In this document: positions 26,708 to 40,345 of the stretch, piece after piece
Position numbering within the stretch: the stretch's first letter is position 1
How the letters are laid out: each line of letters begins with the position of its first letter
NCBI RefSeq assembly: GCF_004010195.1
Contig: NC_057755.1
Location: forward strand, 10,621,280 to 10,678,557
Reading direction: 5' to 3'
Length of the DNA stretch: 57,278 nucleotides
Origin: Chiloscyllium plagiosum
Lineage: Eukaryota
Made by a program: the position numbers and the translations under genes
The notes under the pieces: model-generated
The model's database searches: none
Seen by the model: only the letters and a program-made list of their open reading frames with translations
What the model was told of the DNA's origin: nothing

Positions 26708-27317
26708 TGTGACGATGCTGTCACTTGGAAAAGGCTATTTTGTCCTCGGTATATTTTGAAAAGAGGAGTATAAAGGCAGAGGTTCTGAGCTGGCCAGGGT
26801 AACGGTCTGAACCAATACTGATTTTTCTTTTTAAAAACACATTAACAATGAAAGTTATGCCCCAGTTCAGTTTTCTAGTTTTTTTTTAGCTGTAGCAGTC
26901 ACAAGAGTTTTGAGCACCAGAAGGGTTGCATGTTTCAGTAAATGATTCCTGACTGAGTTTTTCTGAAAACTCTCTCTGAATGTTATTCCCTCCTGCCTGC
27001 AAGAATCTGTGTTTGAATTCATCTTTTGGCCAAGGGGTGTGTTTATGGGATGTTACTATACTGCAGCAGTTAATTAGTTAAGTTACTGTATTGAGTATTT
27101 TGTTAAGTTTTCCAATAGATAAGTTATTCTAAATTACACACTTTTTTTGTTTGTATTTTAACTGTAATATTTATATAAACAGTATTTTGCTTTTAAAGCC
27201 TAGTGGTTTATATTGCATCACACCTGGGGCACCCACAGCACATCTAACTTTAGACAAAAGTTAGGGCCTAGGCTCCCTTCTTAAAATATTTTGTGGGGTC
27301 TGGCCTGGTCCATAACA
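26708..27317 (+). mobile_element. 3' LTR of the Gypsy element (610 bp)
   Basis: TG immediately after the PPT, ends ggtccataaCA; homologous to solo LTR 41664-42269. Confidence 0.9.
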
Positions 27318-27326
27318 AATCTAAAG

Positions 27327-27826
27327 NNNNNNNNNNNNNNNNNNNNNNNNNNNNNNNNNNNNNNNNNNNNNNNNNNNNNNNNNNNNNNNNNNNNNNNNNN
27401 NNNNNNNNNNNNNNNNNNNNNNNNNNNNNNNNNNNNNNNNNNNNNNNNNNNNNNNNNNNNNNNNNNNNNNNNNNNNNNNNNNNNNNNNNNNNNNNNNNNN
27501 NNNNNNNNNNNNNNNNNNNNNNNNNNNNNNNNNNNNNNNNNNNNNNNNNNNNNNNNNNNNNNNNNNNNNNNNNNNNNNNNNNNNNNNNNNNNNNNNNNNN
27601 NNNNNNNNNNNNNNNNNNNNNNNNNNNNNNNNNNNNNNNNNNNNNNNNNNNNNNNNNNNNNNNNNNNNNNNNNNNNNNNNNNNNNNNNNNNNNNNNNNNN
27701 NNNNNNNNNNNNNNNNNNNNNNNNNNNNNNNNNNNNNNNNNNNNNNNNNNNNNNNNNNNNNNNNNNNNNNNNNNNNNNNNNNNNNNNNNNNNNNNNNNNN
27801 NNNNNNNNNNNNNNNNNNNNNNNNNN
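27327..27826. other. Assembly gap, 500 N
   Basis: Run of exactly 500 N. Confidence 1.
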
Positions 27827-28821
27827 GTGGGATTTTTAACTGAGTGGAAGAATGCTTTAAAAAAAGGACAACATAACCCTGTTAAAGGAACAGCATCGCC
27901 TCACCACCCCCCTCTAAAAACATGAACCATCCATATCCAGAGATGGCTTCGTTTGAAAATCCCTTAATCAAAACGTGTTAGGACACTCCAACACCCGCAT
28001 ACATTTCATTGATTATAAGCATGCAAACATGCACTACTACATTCTTTTCCAGTCTGTTTTACTCCTGCCGCTGACAAGTCTTGACAATGCATCGGCAGTC
28101 ATATTTTCTCGTCCTGCCACATGCACAATTGTTAAACTGAATGGCTGTAACAACATGCTCCACCGAAACAGTCTGGATTTTTTGTCCTTATATTTCTCCA
28201 CAAACTTCAATGGGTCACGGTGAGTTTATGTGATTATCTCAGACACGTCACTCGTAGCATACACGTCAAAATGTTATAGGGCCAACACCAAGCTCAAAGT
28301 ACCCTACACAACAGTCAAACATTTCTACTGAATCTGGACTGGAGCATGATCTGTTAATCTGTTAGTAATCACCTGAAATAGTAATTACTGGACTGCATTA
28401 CTACCTCTCTTGGCACTGAGTGCCAGCTACGACTGTGTATTTGCCAATGACAGAAAGAAGTTCAGATGCTGGAGATCTGAAATAAGCAAAAAAAAAAACC
28501 GGAAATGGCTGGAGAATCTCGTTTCATTTTTTGAGAGAAAGCATTTCACCTCCTCCTGGCCATAACAAAAAACATTTTGTGAGACTGTTGCTCAGAAAAC
28601 AACAATAATTCAGTATGGCTTATTCCCTGTGACTGTCAATTCAGTCATGATTCACATATACCTTTTCCCATACTCTGACTGTTCCGACAATGCCCAACTG
28701 GAAAACAAAGGCATATGTATTTGCTTGGAATCATTGCTCCACATTGGCTAAGCATCATAACACAGAAAAGACCCTTTGGTCCATCTAGTCTACACCAAGG
28801 AGAAGGACCAATAAAAGGATT

Positions 28822-30345
28822 GTCATAGAGTCATAGAGTTGTCGAGATGTACAGCACGGAAACAGACCCTTCGTTCCAACCCGTCAATGCTGACCAGATA
28901 TCCCAACCCAATCTGGTCGCGCCTGCCGGCACCGGCCCATATCCCTCCAAACACTTCCTATTCATATACTCATCCAAATATCTCTTTAATGTTGCAATTG
29001 TACCAGTTTCCACGACTTCCTCTGGCAGCTCATTCTTTACATGTAAACCTTCTGCGTGAAAAAGTTGCCTCTCAGGTCTCTTTTATATCTTTCCTCTCAC
29101 CTTAAACCTATGCCCTCTAGTTCTGGACTCCCGGCCCCCCAGGGAAAAGACTTTGTCTTTTTATCCTATCCATGCCCCTCATAATTTTGCAAACCTCTAT
29201 AAGGTCACCCCTCAGCCACTGACACTCCAGGGAAAACAGCCCCAGCCTGTTCATTCTCTCCCTATAGCTCAAATCGTCCAACCCTGGCAACATCTTTGTA
29301 AATCTTTTCTGAACCCTGTCGAGTTTTTCGACATCCTTCTGGTAGGAAGGAGACCAGAATTGCATGCAATATTCCAAAAGGGGCATAAACAATATCCTGG
29401 ACAACCACAACATGACCTCCCAACTCCTGTACTCAATACTCTGACCAATAAAGGAAAGCATACCAAATGTCTTCTTCACTATCCTATTGATACGTGAATC
29501 CACTTTCAAGAAGCTATGAACCTGCACTCCAAGGTCTCTTTCTTAAACAACACTCCTGAGGAACTTATCATTAAGGATATAAGTCTGCTAAGATTTGTTT
29601 TCCCAAAATGCAGCCCCTCACATTTATCTAAATTCAATTCCATGTGCCACCTCTCAGCCCATTGGCCCATTTTTAGATAATTTACTTACAGTGTGGAAAG
29701 ATGTCCTTCAGCCCAACAAGTCCACACCGACCCTCCGAAGAGCAACCCATCCCTCTTAATTTTCACCTTCATCTAATACTACGGGCAATTTAGCATGGCC
29801 AATTCACCCAACCTGCACATGTTTGGACTATGGGAGGAGATCAGAGCACCCAGAGAAAACCCAGGCAGGGAATGTGTAAACTCCACACAGACAGTTGCCT
29901 GAGGTGAGAATTGAACCTGGGTCTCTGGCACTTTGAGACAGCAGTGCTAACCACTGTGACACCGTGCCACCCAAAATCATGATCCTGTTTTAATCTGATG
30001 TACCCATCTTCGCTGTTCATTACACCTCCAATTTTGGTGTCATCTGCAAGCTTACTAACTATACCTCTTATGCTCACATCCAAATGATTTATATAAATGA
30101 CGAAAGGTAGTGGACCCAGCACTGATCCTTGTGGCACTCCACTGGTCACAGGCCTCCAATCTGAAAAGCAAACCTCTACTACCATCCTCTGTCTTTTATT
30201 TGTGAGCCAGTTCTGTATCCAAATGGCTAGTTCTCCCTGTATTCCATGAGATCTAACCTTGCTCACCAGTCTTCCATGGGGAACCTTGCCGAATACCTTA
30301 TTGAAGTCCATATAAGTCATGTCCCCTGCTCTGCCCTCATCAGAT
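28822..30345 (-). mobile_element. CR1 LINE with nested HE1-like SINE (~29670-29973); duplicate of 15472-16995
   Basis: ORFs 29117..29527 and 29841..30440; same truncation and SINE insertion points as copy 1. Confidence 0.93.
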
Positions 30346-33300
30346 ACTAGCTTGTAAGGCATGCTAAATCTAGGCTGATCAAAGTCATTTTTACCTACTT
30401 CCAAAAAATACACCAACACCCTCATGATATTTGAGAACAATGGCTGTCACAGAGATCATGATGAAAATTTAACTGTGACAAATTTCACTTGCTTACTAAG
30501 CAGAAACATGTCATAGGGAACCTTGTCTCCGAGGCCTAAAGAAAAGATTGCTTTAACAGGAGAAAGATACATGTACAAAAAAAGCAGAAGGCAGAGTAAT
30601 ATTGCAGAGTGATCAAGATAGCTTTGGCTGGGAAATTTGGGTCCAGCACACATGGATGTTCTCCTTCATTTATTTTAAAATATGTAACATTTTCAGACTG
30701 TTGAAAGCTAATAAAAGAAGATTGAATTATGTGAAAGAAAACTCAATCTCATCAACTGACGTATTAACTTCAGTAGTTTCATGTATATTTTTCTTTCGCG
30801 CATCGTTTCAGTTAAGCTGTAAGTTGTTAAACTGCAAAGTGATCTCTGTCTCTTGCTATCTGTGAACTTTGACAGTCTCTTAATAAATACACGTACGTTG
30901 ATCAATACCCTAAAATTAAGGATTCAGGATTAATGCTGCCTGTAGACACTTAACAATTTGCTTCAGGATAAATGACAAATGAAAGTGGAAAATAGCGCTT
31001 GGACATTTTAGCTGGTGTATTGGGTAAGAGACCAACATTGACCAAAAGGTTTCGATTGAGAAGAATGTGCATATTAAAGTTGATCTCATAGTCAGGCAGT
31101 TACAGCAGGGAGCACTTGGGCTGATCTGGCTGAAGATCATCTTTATGACTGCATGATTGACTTTTATGTTATTTAATGACTGATCTTTGTACAGGGTGTG
31201 TATTGCAAAACCTGAACCTCATTTATCCTGTTAATGTGAGACATCAATCATGCAACAGATTGGAATACATGAAACATGAGCCACATCGCAGCAATAATGT
31301 TTATTAGACAAAACAAAAATCCAAGCATAAGGCCTGGTGTTAGAATGAAAGCTTTGTACCGGAACTTTGAAGAAATTCCGGAATTGTGACACCTTTTTTA
31401 TGTTGACTGGCAACCTTAAATTTCATTCATTTGGACGAAACTGGCGCTGTCCAATTAGCATATTCTGCTGCAGTGGCTGTTGCTAATGATCGATTGTTGC
31501 TTTTACGTCGCAAAGAAAAGTGACCCTCTTTTTTACTCAGTGGTTGTGTTCCTGCCCGAGGACCACGGGTTCAAGTCTCATCTGCTCCAGACATGTGCAA
31601 TGGCATATCTGAGCAGAATGATTAAAAAAAGATAAAACAAAAAGAAATTTAAATTACAACCATCCAGCAAATAGCTAAGCTCTGTAACTGCCACACAAAA
31701 TGGGACACAACAAATATTTAAACATGAATACAATGCAAACAGAAAGCCAATTCGATTCAAATCTATTGCTCAGAATGGAGGTGGCCTTCAGTTTCCACTA
31801 ACTAATAGTGGTTACTGATAATCATGATTACGGATCACATCTGTACGTAATAACTAAATAGTATGAGTTAGGGAGAGCCATGTTTTACCTATTTTCTGTA
31901 AAACAACGTTATTGCACAATGATAGACAGACTGCGTCCCATGTGTACATTCAATCAGTCTGACAGAGTTATGTCAGGGAAATAGCATTCCAGATTTTCAG
32001 CCTTATACTCTGGCAACAATTTTCCACATTTCTTGAAGGTAAAAATTTAAATTCAATAAGTCCACGTTATTTTTCTTCATAAAAAAATGAGGATAATGAG
32101 ATTGTCAGATTTTGTAAACCTGTCCCAATCATGTCCCTTTGTGAAGGACGTCTGGAAGCCTTATATGGTCTGGCCTACACATATCACCAGACACAAAGCA
32201 ATGTGGTTGAATCTGTTGTGTTGCAACTCTCCGCAACATCTAATGAAAATAATTAAACTCAGTAGATCAACTGGTATCAACCGAGGCTCTTGGATTGATC
32301 CTGAAAATCCCTCAATAACAAAGTCTTTCCAATGTTTGGAGAGCCGTCCCACAGACTCAGCACAGAATAGCCTGCCATGTCGATTAAAACTGAATTCTAT
32401 CTGACAGGCGCGTTTGTAGACATAACCATTCCTGGGTATGTTTCTGCCCAGTGCCAGGATTGAACCTCCACAGGTAATGTGGAATTGGGATTGAGCTGCC
32501 CAGTGATTCCTCTTTGTGGACTCAGAGTCCAGTGAAATCTCATGGGCAAGGAAACCGTCTGCTAATGTCAACCAACCAAACCCCGACTGTACCCCCCCCC
32601 CCCCCCACCCCAACATGAGCCTGTACTTTTCTATATTGTACAGCAGCTGGAGGGAGCATGAAGAGCTTTTGGAAGGGACTTCAATGTCCATCAGCAAAGG
32701 TAGTGAGGGTGGTACCACAATGAGGGGAGCTGTACAATGTCCAGGCCACATAAGCTGCCAGTGGAATTTATTGAGGGGAAAAAAGAAGAGGGAGAAATCT
32801 ACATTACCCAGCTCATATGAATGTAGCTATCACTGTTACATCCAGGGAAGTGTTGGTTGGTGTGGAGCACCAACATATCTAGAACAGTACTGGTTGTTGT
32901 GGAGCACTGTACTGCCCTTGTGACAATGACAGCAAGTCTTCACATTGACCATTCATTCTGGAAAAATTTGTATCACTCCCACCATGATAATTAGGACAAG
33001 CCTTTAACAGGTCATACAGCTTGAGCCTGGTCATCATAGAGGGCCTGGACCATCAGCAGTAGCAGACCAGCAATCAATCCCACACTATCACTTCTAAATC
33101 TCAGATGGTGCCTTCCATTTGAGAATCTCCAACTATCGGAAATAATTTGTTTTTATCCACCCTATTCATTAGGTGAAGGAGAAGTAGCTGAAAGCCTGTG
33201 AAATCAAACAGATCCGTTGGACTATAACCTGGTGTAGTACGACTCCTGAGTTTGTCCACCCCAGTCCAACACTGACACCTCCACCTTATGACAAGAGGGA

Positions 33301-34569
33301 GTGGAAGAGGTTGGTACAATTACAACATTTAAAGGCCAGTTGGGCAGCTATTTTGGAAAGAAAGATTGAGAGGGACGTGCGCCAAACGCAGACTAATGGA
33401 ACTGGTTCAGTTCAGGAGACTTGTTTCGCCTGGATGGGCTGGGCCGCAGGTCTTGTTTCCATACTGTGTGTTTCGAACTCTGTTAGCTGGTGATCAGTCA
33501 CTACTCTGTTGAATGACAGAGCAGGCTCAAAGGGTTGAATGGCCTCCATTTGCTCCTGTGTTACTCACCATGTTTATTGTCACCCTCTTTATTTGTTTGG
33601 TCATCTTTCATTAATTATTAACACTTTCTCAATGCCCAGCTTGATGTTTGTACAATTTTTAAAAATATCATTCTCATTTGACGGTTAGTTCTTTGACCCT
33701 TCTTAGGATCCTTCTTCCACATTAAGATATATCTGTGTAATGTGCCATTAACATCTGCTATTGTTCCTCACTGTCTTTTGTGCTAAAATCCTTTCCCAGG
33801 CCATTCCATCTAACTCTAATTGTGTTTCTTTAAATTACACTCGATAAATTTTAACATAATTGTTTCGAAACCCCATTTCTCGCTCTGGAACTGAGTGTTA
33901 AATTTGAACTATGTTACAGTCACTGTATTCTGGGCTACGTTTCACTCTATATTGATTTATTAAATGTACCTTATTGCACATTACTGGACCCAAAACAACC
34001 TAATCCCTGTATGTAAATGATGCAGGTAATTATCTCTGTGCTTTCGGCTGTATTGTAAATTGAGGAGATGATTGAAATGTTGCCTTTGACTACCATATAT
34101 TACACATAAAGAGAATATGTATGTTTGTTTTGTGCTGGAACCAGGAAGTGCGTGCTGTGGAGTTTATCGCTGATCAGGTCGAAGGTCGTCTTTGTGACTG
34201 CATTGTCGAATTTCCTTTTTTTGCCAAGTTAATGGTGAGAGGGATCTTTTACAAAAAATCTGAAACTTCAACAGCAGGTAAATCCTTGATTGTATTCAGT
34301 CAAGTTACTTTGTTTATTTGCTCATTGTGGAGACAGCACCAATTGTTATCATTGCCATTGTCAGAACTTGGCAGGTTTAGACTCGAGAGAGAATTGTTGA
34401 AGTTTATTGTAATCAAAAGTGCATTGCTGACATAACCAAGCAACTTTACAGGTTAAAACTCTTACTGTCAGTTTCGTTCCTGAAATTATGCAGAGACAAA
34501 AAGAATTGGATAAAATGGGACTAGATTGGGTTGGGATATCTGGTCGGCATGGATGGGTTGGACCGAAGG

Positions 34570-35331
34570 TAAAAACAATGAATGCAGATGCCGGAAACCA
34601 GATTCTGGATTAGTGGTGCTGGAAGAGCACAGCAATTCATGCAGCATCAGAGGACAGGCAAAATCAACATTTCGGGCAAAAGCCCTTCATCAGGAATAAA
34701 GGCAGAGACCCTGAAGCGTGGAGAGATAAGCTGGAGGAAGTCCACATTGATGCCCTGGGGTTGAAGTGTTCCGAGGCGGAAGATGAGGCGTTCTTCTTCC
34801 ATGCGTCTGGTGGTGAGGGAGTGGCGGTGGAGGAGGCCCAGGACCTCCATGTCCTCGGCAGAGTGGGAGGGGGAGTTGAAAAGTTGGGCCAGGGGGCGTT
34901 GTGGTTGATTGGTGCGGGTGTCCCAGAGATGTTCCCTAAAGCGGTCTGCTAGGAGGCGCCCGGTCTCCCCAATGTAGAGGAGACCGCATCGGGGGCAACA
35001 GATACAATAAATGATATTGGTGGATGTGCAGGTAAAACTTTGATGGATGTGGAAGGCTCCTTTAGGGCGTTGGATAGAGGTGAGGGAGGAGGTGTGGGCA
35101 CAGGTTTTACAGTTCCTGCGGTGGCAGGGGAAAGTGCCAGGATGGGAGGGTGGATCGTAGGAGAGCGTGGACCTGACCAGGTAGTCACGGAGGGAACGGT
35201 CTCTGCTTCAGGCTCTCTGCCTTTATTCCTGATGAAGGGCTTTTGCCCGAAACGTCGATTTTGCCTGTCCTCGGATTTTGCCTGTCCTCGGATGCTGCCT
35301 GAATTGCTGTGCTCTTCCAGCACCAAATCCA
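34570..35331 (-). mobile_element. Truncated Penelope-like element: GIY-YIG endonuclease end with inverted terminal segments
   Basis: Minus strand reads CRNCKTC..FTCTSTNIIYCICCPRCGLLYIGETGRLLADRFREH..EEERLIFRLGTLQPQGIN. 15-bp TSD gggttggaccgaagg (34555-34569, 35332-35346) inside a CR1 tail. Confidence 0.93.
35229..35256 (+). ncRNA. Minimal hammerhead-ribozyme core motif (PLE-type)
   Basis: CTGATGA-A-GGGC-TTTT-GCCC-GAAAC-GTC: conserved core, 4-bp stem II, GUC cleavage triplet. Confidence 0.7.
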
Positions 35332-35852
35332 GGGTTGGACCGAAGGGTCTGTTTTCGTGCTGTAAATCTCTATGACTCTAAATGTGTCAGTTATGCCACA
35401 TTTATGTAAAGATAGAGTCATCCTTTTCCAAGTCTATTTGTTTTGCTGATCGTTTGTTTCTGCTGCTTTTATTAGCGTTTAATGCAATTGAAAAGCAGGA
35501 CCTGTCTGTGATATCACCTCAAAACAATACTCAATGGGCCGAAGCGAAATGTTACCCTCAAGAATTGAAAGAAAAAGGTCTAAACTTGTGGCTGCATGGT
35601 TTGTTTACATACCTGAGTGTTTACCACATCATCCCACATTTTCTGCACCATTTCGATGAGTGAGCTCCATGTCTTACTGGCATTGTGTGTCCTTTTACCC
35701 ATTTTTACACGCCTATATCAAACAGTCATCGCAAGCCTGCTTCAATTTTCCAGCTGAACCTGCTCGACCATTACTACCAAGCAAAACATTCCAGGCCCAA
35801 ATCTCTAATCCCAGATCTGTATTATTTTACTGTCACTCACAATGCCTTTACT

Positions 35853-38800
35853 TAGAGTCATACAGTCATATAGGCTGAAACCAGACCCTCTGTTTAACCT
35901 GTCCATATTTACTAAGTGTCTCACTAGTTTATTTGCTTGCATTTGTCTCACGTGCCTCTAAACCTTTCCAATTCATGTTCCTGTGCAAATATCTGACAAA
36001 TGTGGTAACTGTACCTGCATCTACCACTTCCTCTGACAGCTTATTCCATGTATACAACAACTTCTGTGGCGAAGAGTTGCCCCTCATGTCCCTTTTAAAT
36101 CTTTTTCAGTTCACCTTCACAATTCCCCTCTACTTTTGAAGTCCCCTACTCTGAGGAAAATATATTTGCTACTCACCTTATCTATACTACCCGTGATTTT
36201 ATAAAGAACATAGAACATGGAACAATACAGCGCAGAAAGGCCCTTCAGCTCTCGATGTTGCGCCGACCTGTGAACTATTCTCAGCTCGTCCCCCTACACT
36301 ATCCCATTGTCATCCCAGGATTGTTTAAATCTCCCGAATGTGGCTGAGTTGACGACATTGGCAGGTAGGGCTTTCCACGCCCTTACCACTCTCTATGTAA
36401 AGAACCTGCCTCTGACATCTGTCTTAAATCTATCACCCCTCAATTTGTAGTTATGCCCCCGTGTACAAGCTTACATCATCATCCGAGGGAAAAGGCTTTC
36501 ACTGTCTATCCTATCTAATCCTCTGATCATCTTGTATGTCTCTATCAAATCCCTCTTAGCTTTCTGCTTTCCAGTGTGAACAGACCTAAGTCTCTCAGCC
36601 GTTCGTCACAGGACCTTCCCTCCAGACCTGGCAACGTCCCGGTAAATCTCCTCTGCACCTTTTCCAATGCTTCTACATCCTTCCTGAAATATGGCGACCA
36701 GAACTGTACACCATGTTCCAAGTGTGGCTGCACTAGCGTTTTGTATAGCTGCAGCAGTGTGCCACAAGAATTAGTGCTGGGCCCACTGCTTTTTGTTACC
36801 AATGTAAACGATTTGGGTGAGAACATTGGGTAAATGGGTAGTGAGTTTGGAGGTAATGCCAAAATTGGTGGTGGAGCAGACAGTGAAGAACGTTTTCTCA
36901 TATTACAATGGAACTTTGATCAGATGAGTCGATGGTCAGAGGAGTCAAAAAATGCAGATGCTGGAATCCAACATAGACAAGCAGGATGCTGGAAGAACAC
37001 AGCAAGCCAGGCAGTATCAAGCGGCAGATGAAGTTTAATTTAGATCAGTGTGATGTGTTGCATTTTGCAAAGGCAAATCAGGGCAGGAATTATGCACTTA
37101 ATGGTATAGTCCGGGAGAGTGCTTTCAAACAAAGAGACCTTGCGGTGCAGGTTCATATTTCCTGTAAGGTGGAGTCGCAGATTGACAGGGTAGTGAAGGA
37201 TGCATTTCGTATGCTTGCCTTTACTGGTCTGGGCATAAAGTGTAGGACTTGGGATGTTATGTTACTGCTGTACAGGACATTGGTTCGGCTAGTTTTGGAA
37301 TACTGCTTCCAGTTCTGGTCTCCCTGCTACAGAAACAGGGATGCTGTTAAACTTGAAAATGTGCAGAAAAGATTTACAATGATGTTGCCGGGATGGAGTG
37401 TTGAGCTGTAGGAAGAAGGTGAATATGCTGGGGCTGTTTTGCCTGGAACCTCAGAGGATTTAGGGTGACTATTTTAATGGACCAGGCCAGATGCCTCAAA
37501 ACATTCCAAGAAGGTAGTCCAGACGCCAACTTTGCTTTAAGTCAGGGCAAAGTTAATATTCCAGGAGAAATGCCACTGCTGAAACCACTTAGCTTTAAAC
37601 AAAACAGAATTTATTTGCAAGATTACTGAATGACACAATAACAGAAAACGGAATCCCGAAAAACTTAAGCTCTCCAAAAACCCAACAGATCATCCCAATT
37701 GAATGATGCTGTTCCAAATACTTGCAATAATCCCCAGAAACATTCCTTGGAACAAAAGATAAAACCAAACACAGGTGCTTACATGATAGAAGGCAGAGAG
37801 AGAGCGAGGGTACCAGTTTGGACCTGCTTCCTTGGATCCAGTTTTTGTTTCCACACTACTACTAAAAACCAACCCAAACCAGAGAGGAGCTGGGAGAACT
37901 GAACACTCCCCTTTCATTTTACGAGTGGTTTTTTCAAAACGTGAAAGCCTTCTGCCTGAGGCAGCATCTGTTAGCTAGAAACAAATTGGCACTAAACCCT
38001 TAAACCCCAGATGTTTTGGAGTCTGTGTCATTTACCACCCACCTGAAAAAAAATTACAACATTTAAAAAGTATCTGGATGGGTGCATGGACAGTAAGGTT
38101 TGGAAGGATATGGCCAAATGCTGGCAAATGGGACTAGATCAATTTAGGAAATCTGTTTGGCATGGATGCATTGGACAGAAGGATCTTTTGCCATGCTGGA
38201 CAACTTTATCACTCTAAACTCCATTGCCATTCCTCAGGCCTGTGGTCCACTTGATCCACATCACTTTGTCATCTTAGATTACCTTCTTTACTGTCTTTGA
38301 GGCCACTAATTTTAGCATCATCTACAAACTTATTAAGCATGCTGCCTATATTCTCAACAAAACATTTACATAAATGACAAACAAAAGTGGACACAGCACC
38401 AATCCCTGCAGAACACTGTTGGTCAAAATCCCACAGTCCTCAAAATAACCTTCCACCATCACCCTCTATCTCCGATTGTCAAACCAATTTTGTGTCCGAT
38501 TGACAAGCTCTCTCTGAATCTCATATGATGTGACTTTATTAACCAGTGTACCATGCAAAACCTTGTGAAAAGCCTGACTACAGTCCATATAGACAATGTC
38601 CACCAATCTGTCCACATCTACCACCTTAATCACATCCTCAAAAAACTCAATCAAGCTTTCCAATCCACAAAGTATGCTGACTCTCCCTATACAGTCCCTG
38701 CCTCTCCAAATGCATGCAAAGTCTGTCCCTCAGAATCGCCTCCAACAACTTAGCCACCACTGACATCATACTAACCACTCTATAGTTCCCAGGCTTCACC

Positions 38801-39180
38801 TTGCAGCTGTTCTTCAAGAAAGGCACAACATTAGCTCTCCTCCAATCTTATTGCATCTGACCCGCAGCTCAAATGAAACAAATATATTTGCTTGGGGCCC
38901 TGCAATTTCTTCCCTAGCTTCCCACAATTCCCTGGGATACACTTGATCAGGTTCCAGAGATTTAGCTAACGTTGCACTTCATGCCTTCTCTTCTGTAATG
39001 TGGATTATTTTCAAAACATCAATATTTATTTCCCCCATTCCCCAGCTTCCATGTATATCTCCATATATGAACTGAAGCAAAATATTAATTTAGGATCTCA
39101 CCCATCCTCTGTGGTTCCACACCACAGATGACCTCGTAGATCTTTCAGGGACCCTATTCTATCCCCAGTTGCTCGTCTAC
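35853..39180. mobile_element. Cluster of nested CR1 fragments in both orientations
   Basis: Minus 35853-36755 (two families), plus 36755-37450 and 38053-38215 (ORF 36986..37411), minus 38215-39180 (ORF 38466..38663); short PLE tail at ~36944-37022. Confidence 0.85.
37452..38052 (-). mobile_element. LTR, same family as 807-1412, truncated
   Basis: Reverse complement similarity (ggaccaggccagat; ctgggagaactg; gcctgaggcagcatctgttagcta). Confidence 0.8.
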
Positions 39181-39289
39181 CTAAATCTGTGCCTCCACAT
39201 TTTAATCGTTTTACAGAAGAAAGTTTTCCCTGCCTCCTCTGCTGTGATCCGACATGATTTCTAAAAACATAATTAGATTGCAACACACG

Positions 39290-40345
39290 CAACGCATACA
39301 CACTCACAGACACACACACAAACACCCATCCCATCATCCGTCTCTGCTGGGGCCTGCAAATGTTTCACACAGATGCACAGACACAGGATCATCTTCCTCT
39401 GATGATGACTGTACATGTTACACACAAACATACACAGTGACAGGATCATCTGCCTCTGCTGGGGAATGTAAATGTCACAGAACATCATCCACCCCTGCTG
39501 AGAATTGTAACGTAATGTTACACACTAACACACTGACAAACAAACACACACACACGCACACACAGTGTCATCCGCCTCTACCGGGAAATGTAAATGTTAT
39601 AGAACATCATCCACCTCTGCTGGGAGCTGTAAATGATAAACACTGACACATACACACACACAGATGTAGGATCGTCTGCCTCTGCTGGGGACTTTAAATG
39701 TTACACACAGACAGACACGTAAATGCACGCACACACACACACACAGCATCATCTGCCTCTGCTCAGGAACGTAAATGTTACACATACACACACACACACA
39801 CACAGAGTCATCTGCCTCTGCTGGGGAATGTAAATGTTACACACACAGGCACAGGCACACACACACACAGACATACACACACACATCACATAATCTGCCT
39901 CTGCCTGCATTTTTAAATGTGACGCACAGCCACACGCAGTCACAGGACCATCCACCTCTGCTCGGTAACGTAAATGTGACACACAGACCCACGCCCGCGG
40001 TATCATCTTTCTTTGCTAGGGAGTGTAAATGTTATACACAAACATACACAGTCACAGGATAATCTGCCTCTGCTGGGGACTGTAAATACTATACGCAGAA
40101 ACGTAGCATCATCCAGCTTTGCTGGGGAATGTAAATGTGACACACACACGCACACACACAGACACAAACAAACCGAGGATTATCCGCCTCTGCTGCAGAA
40201 TGTAAATGTCACACACAGAAACACACACTCATGGTATCATGTGCCTCTGCTTGGGAATGTAAATGTTACACACGCACAAGTACACATATTAACACATACA
40301 GAATCACAGCTTGATATTTCCGTGTTGGGGACTGTCAATGTTACA
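39290..40345 (+). repeat. Tandem array: ~32-bp core TCATCTGCCTCTGCTGGGGAATGTAAATGTTA alternating with variable (CA)n-rich spacers
   Basis: About 17 cores with a period of ~40-85 bp. Confidence 0.9.

Larger units (their letters stand above)
27827..35600 (+). repeat. Segmental duplication, copy 2
   Basis: Collinear with 14475-23600; near-identical ORF translations (e.g. 14624 vs 27975, 15782 vs 29117). Confidence 0.95.

Noticed and set aside
32161..32751. 196-aa minus ORF partly shared among duplicates
   Set aside because: Antisense to a decayed LINE endonuclease; the frame is not conserved among the copies.
39290..40345. CRISPR array
   Set aside because: The cores are degenerate, the spacers are low-complexity (CA)n of very unequal length, there are no cas genes, and the context is vertebrate.
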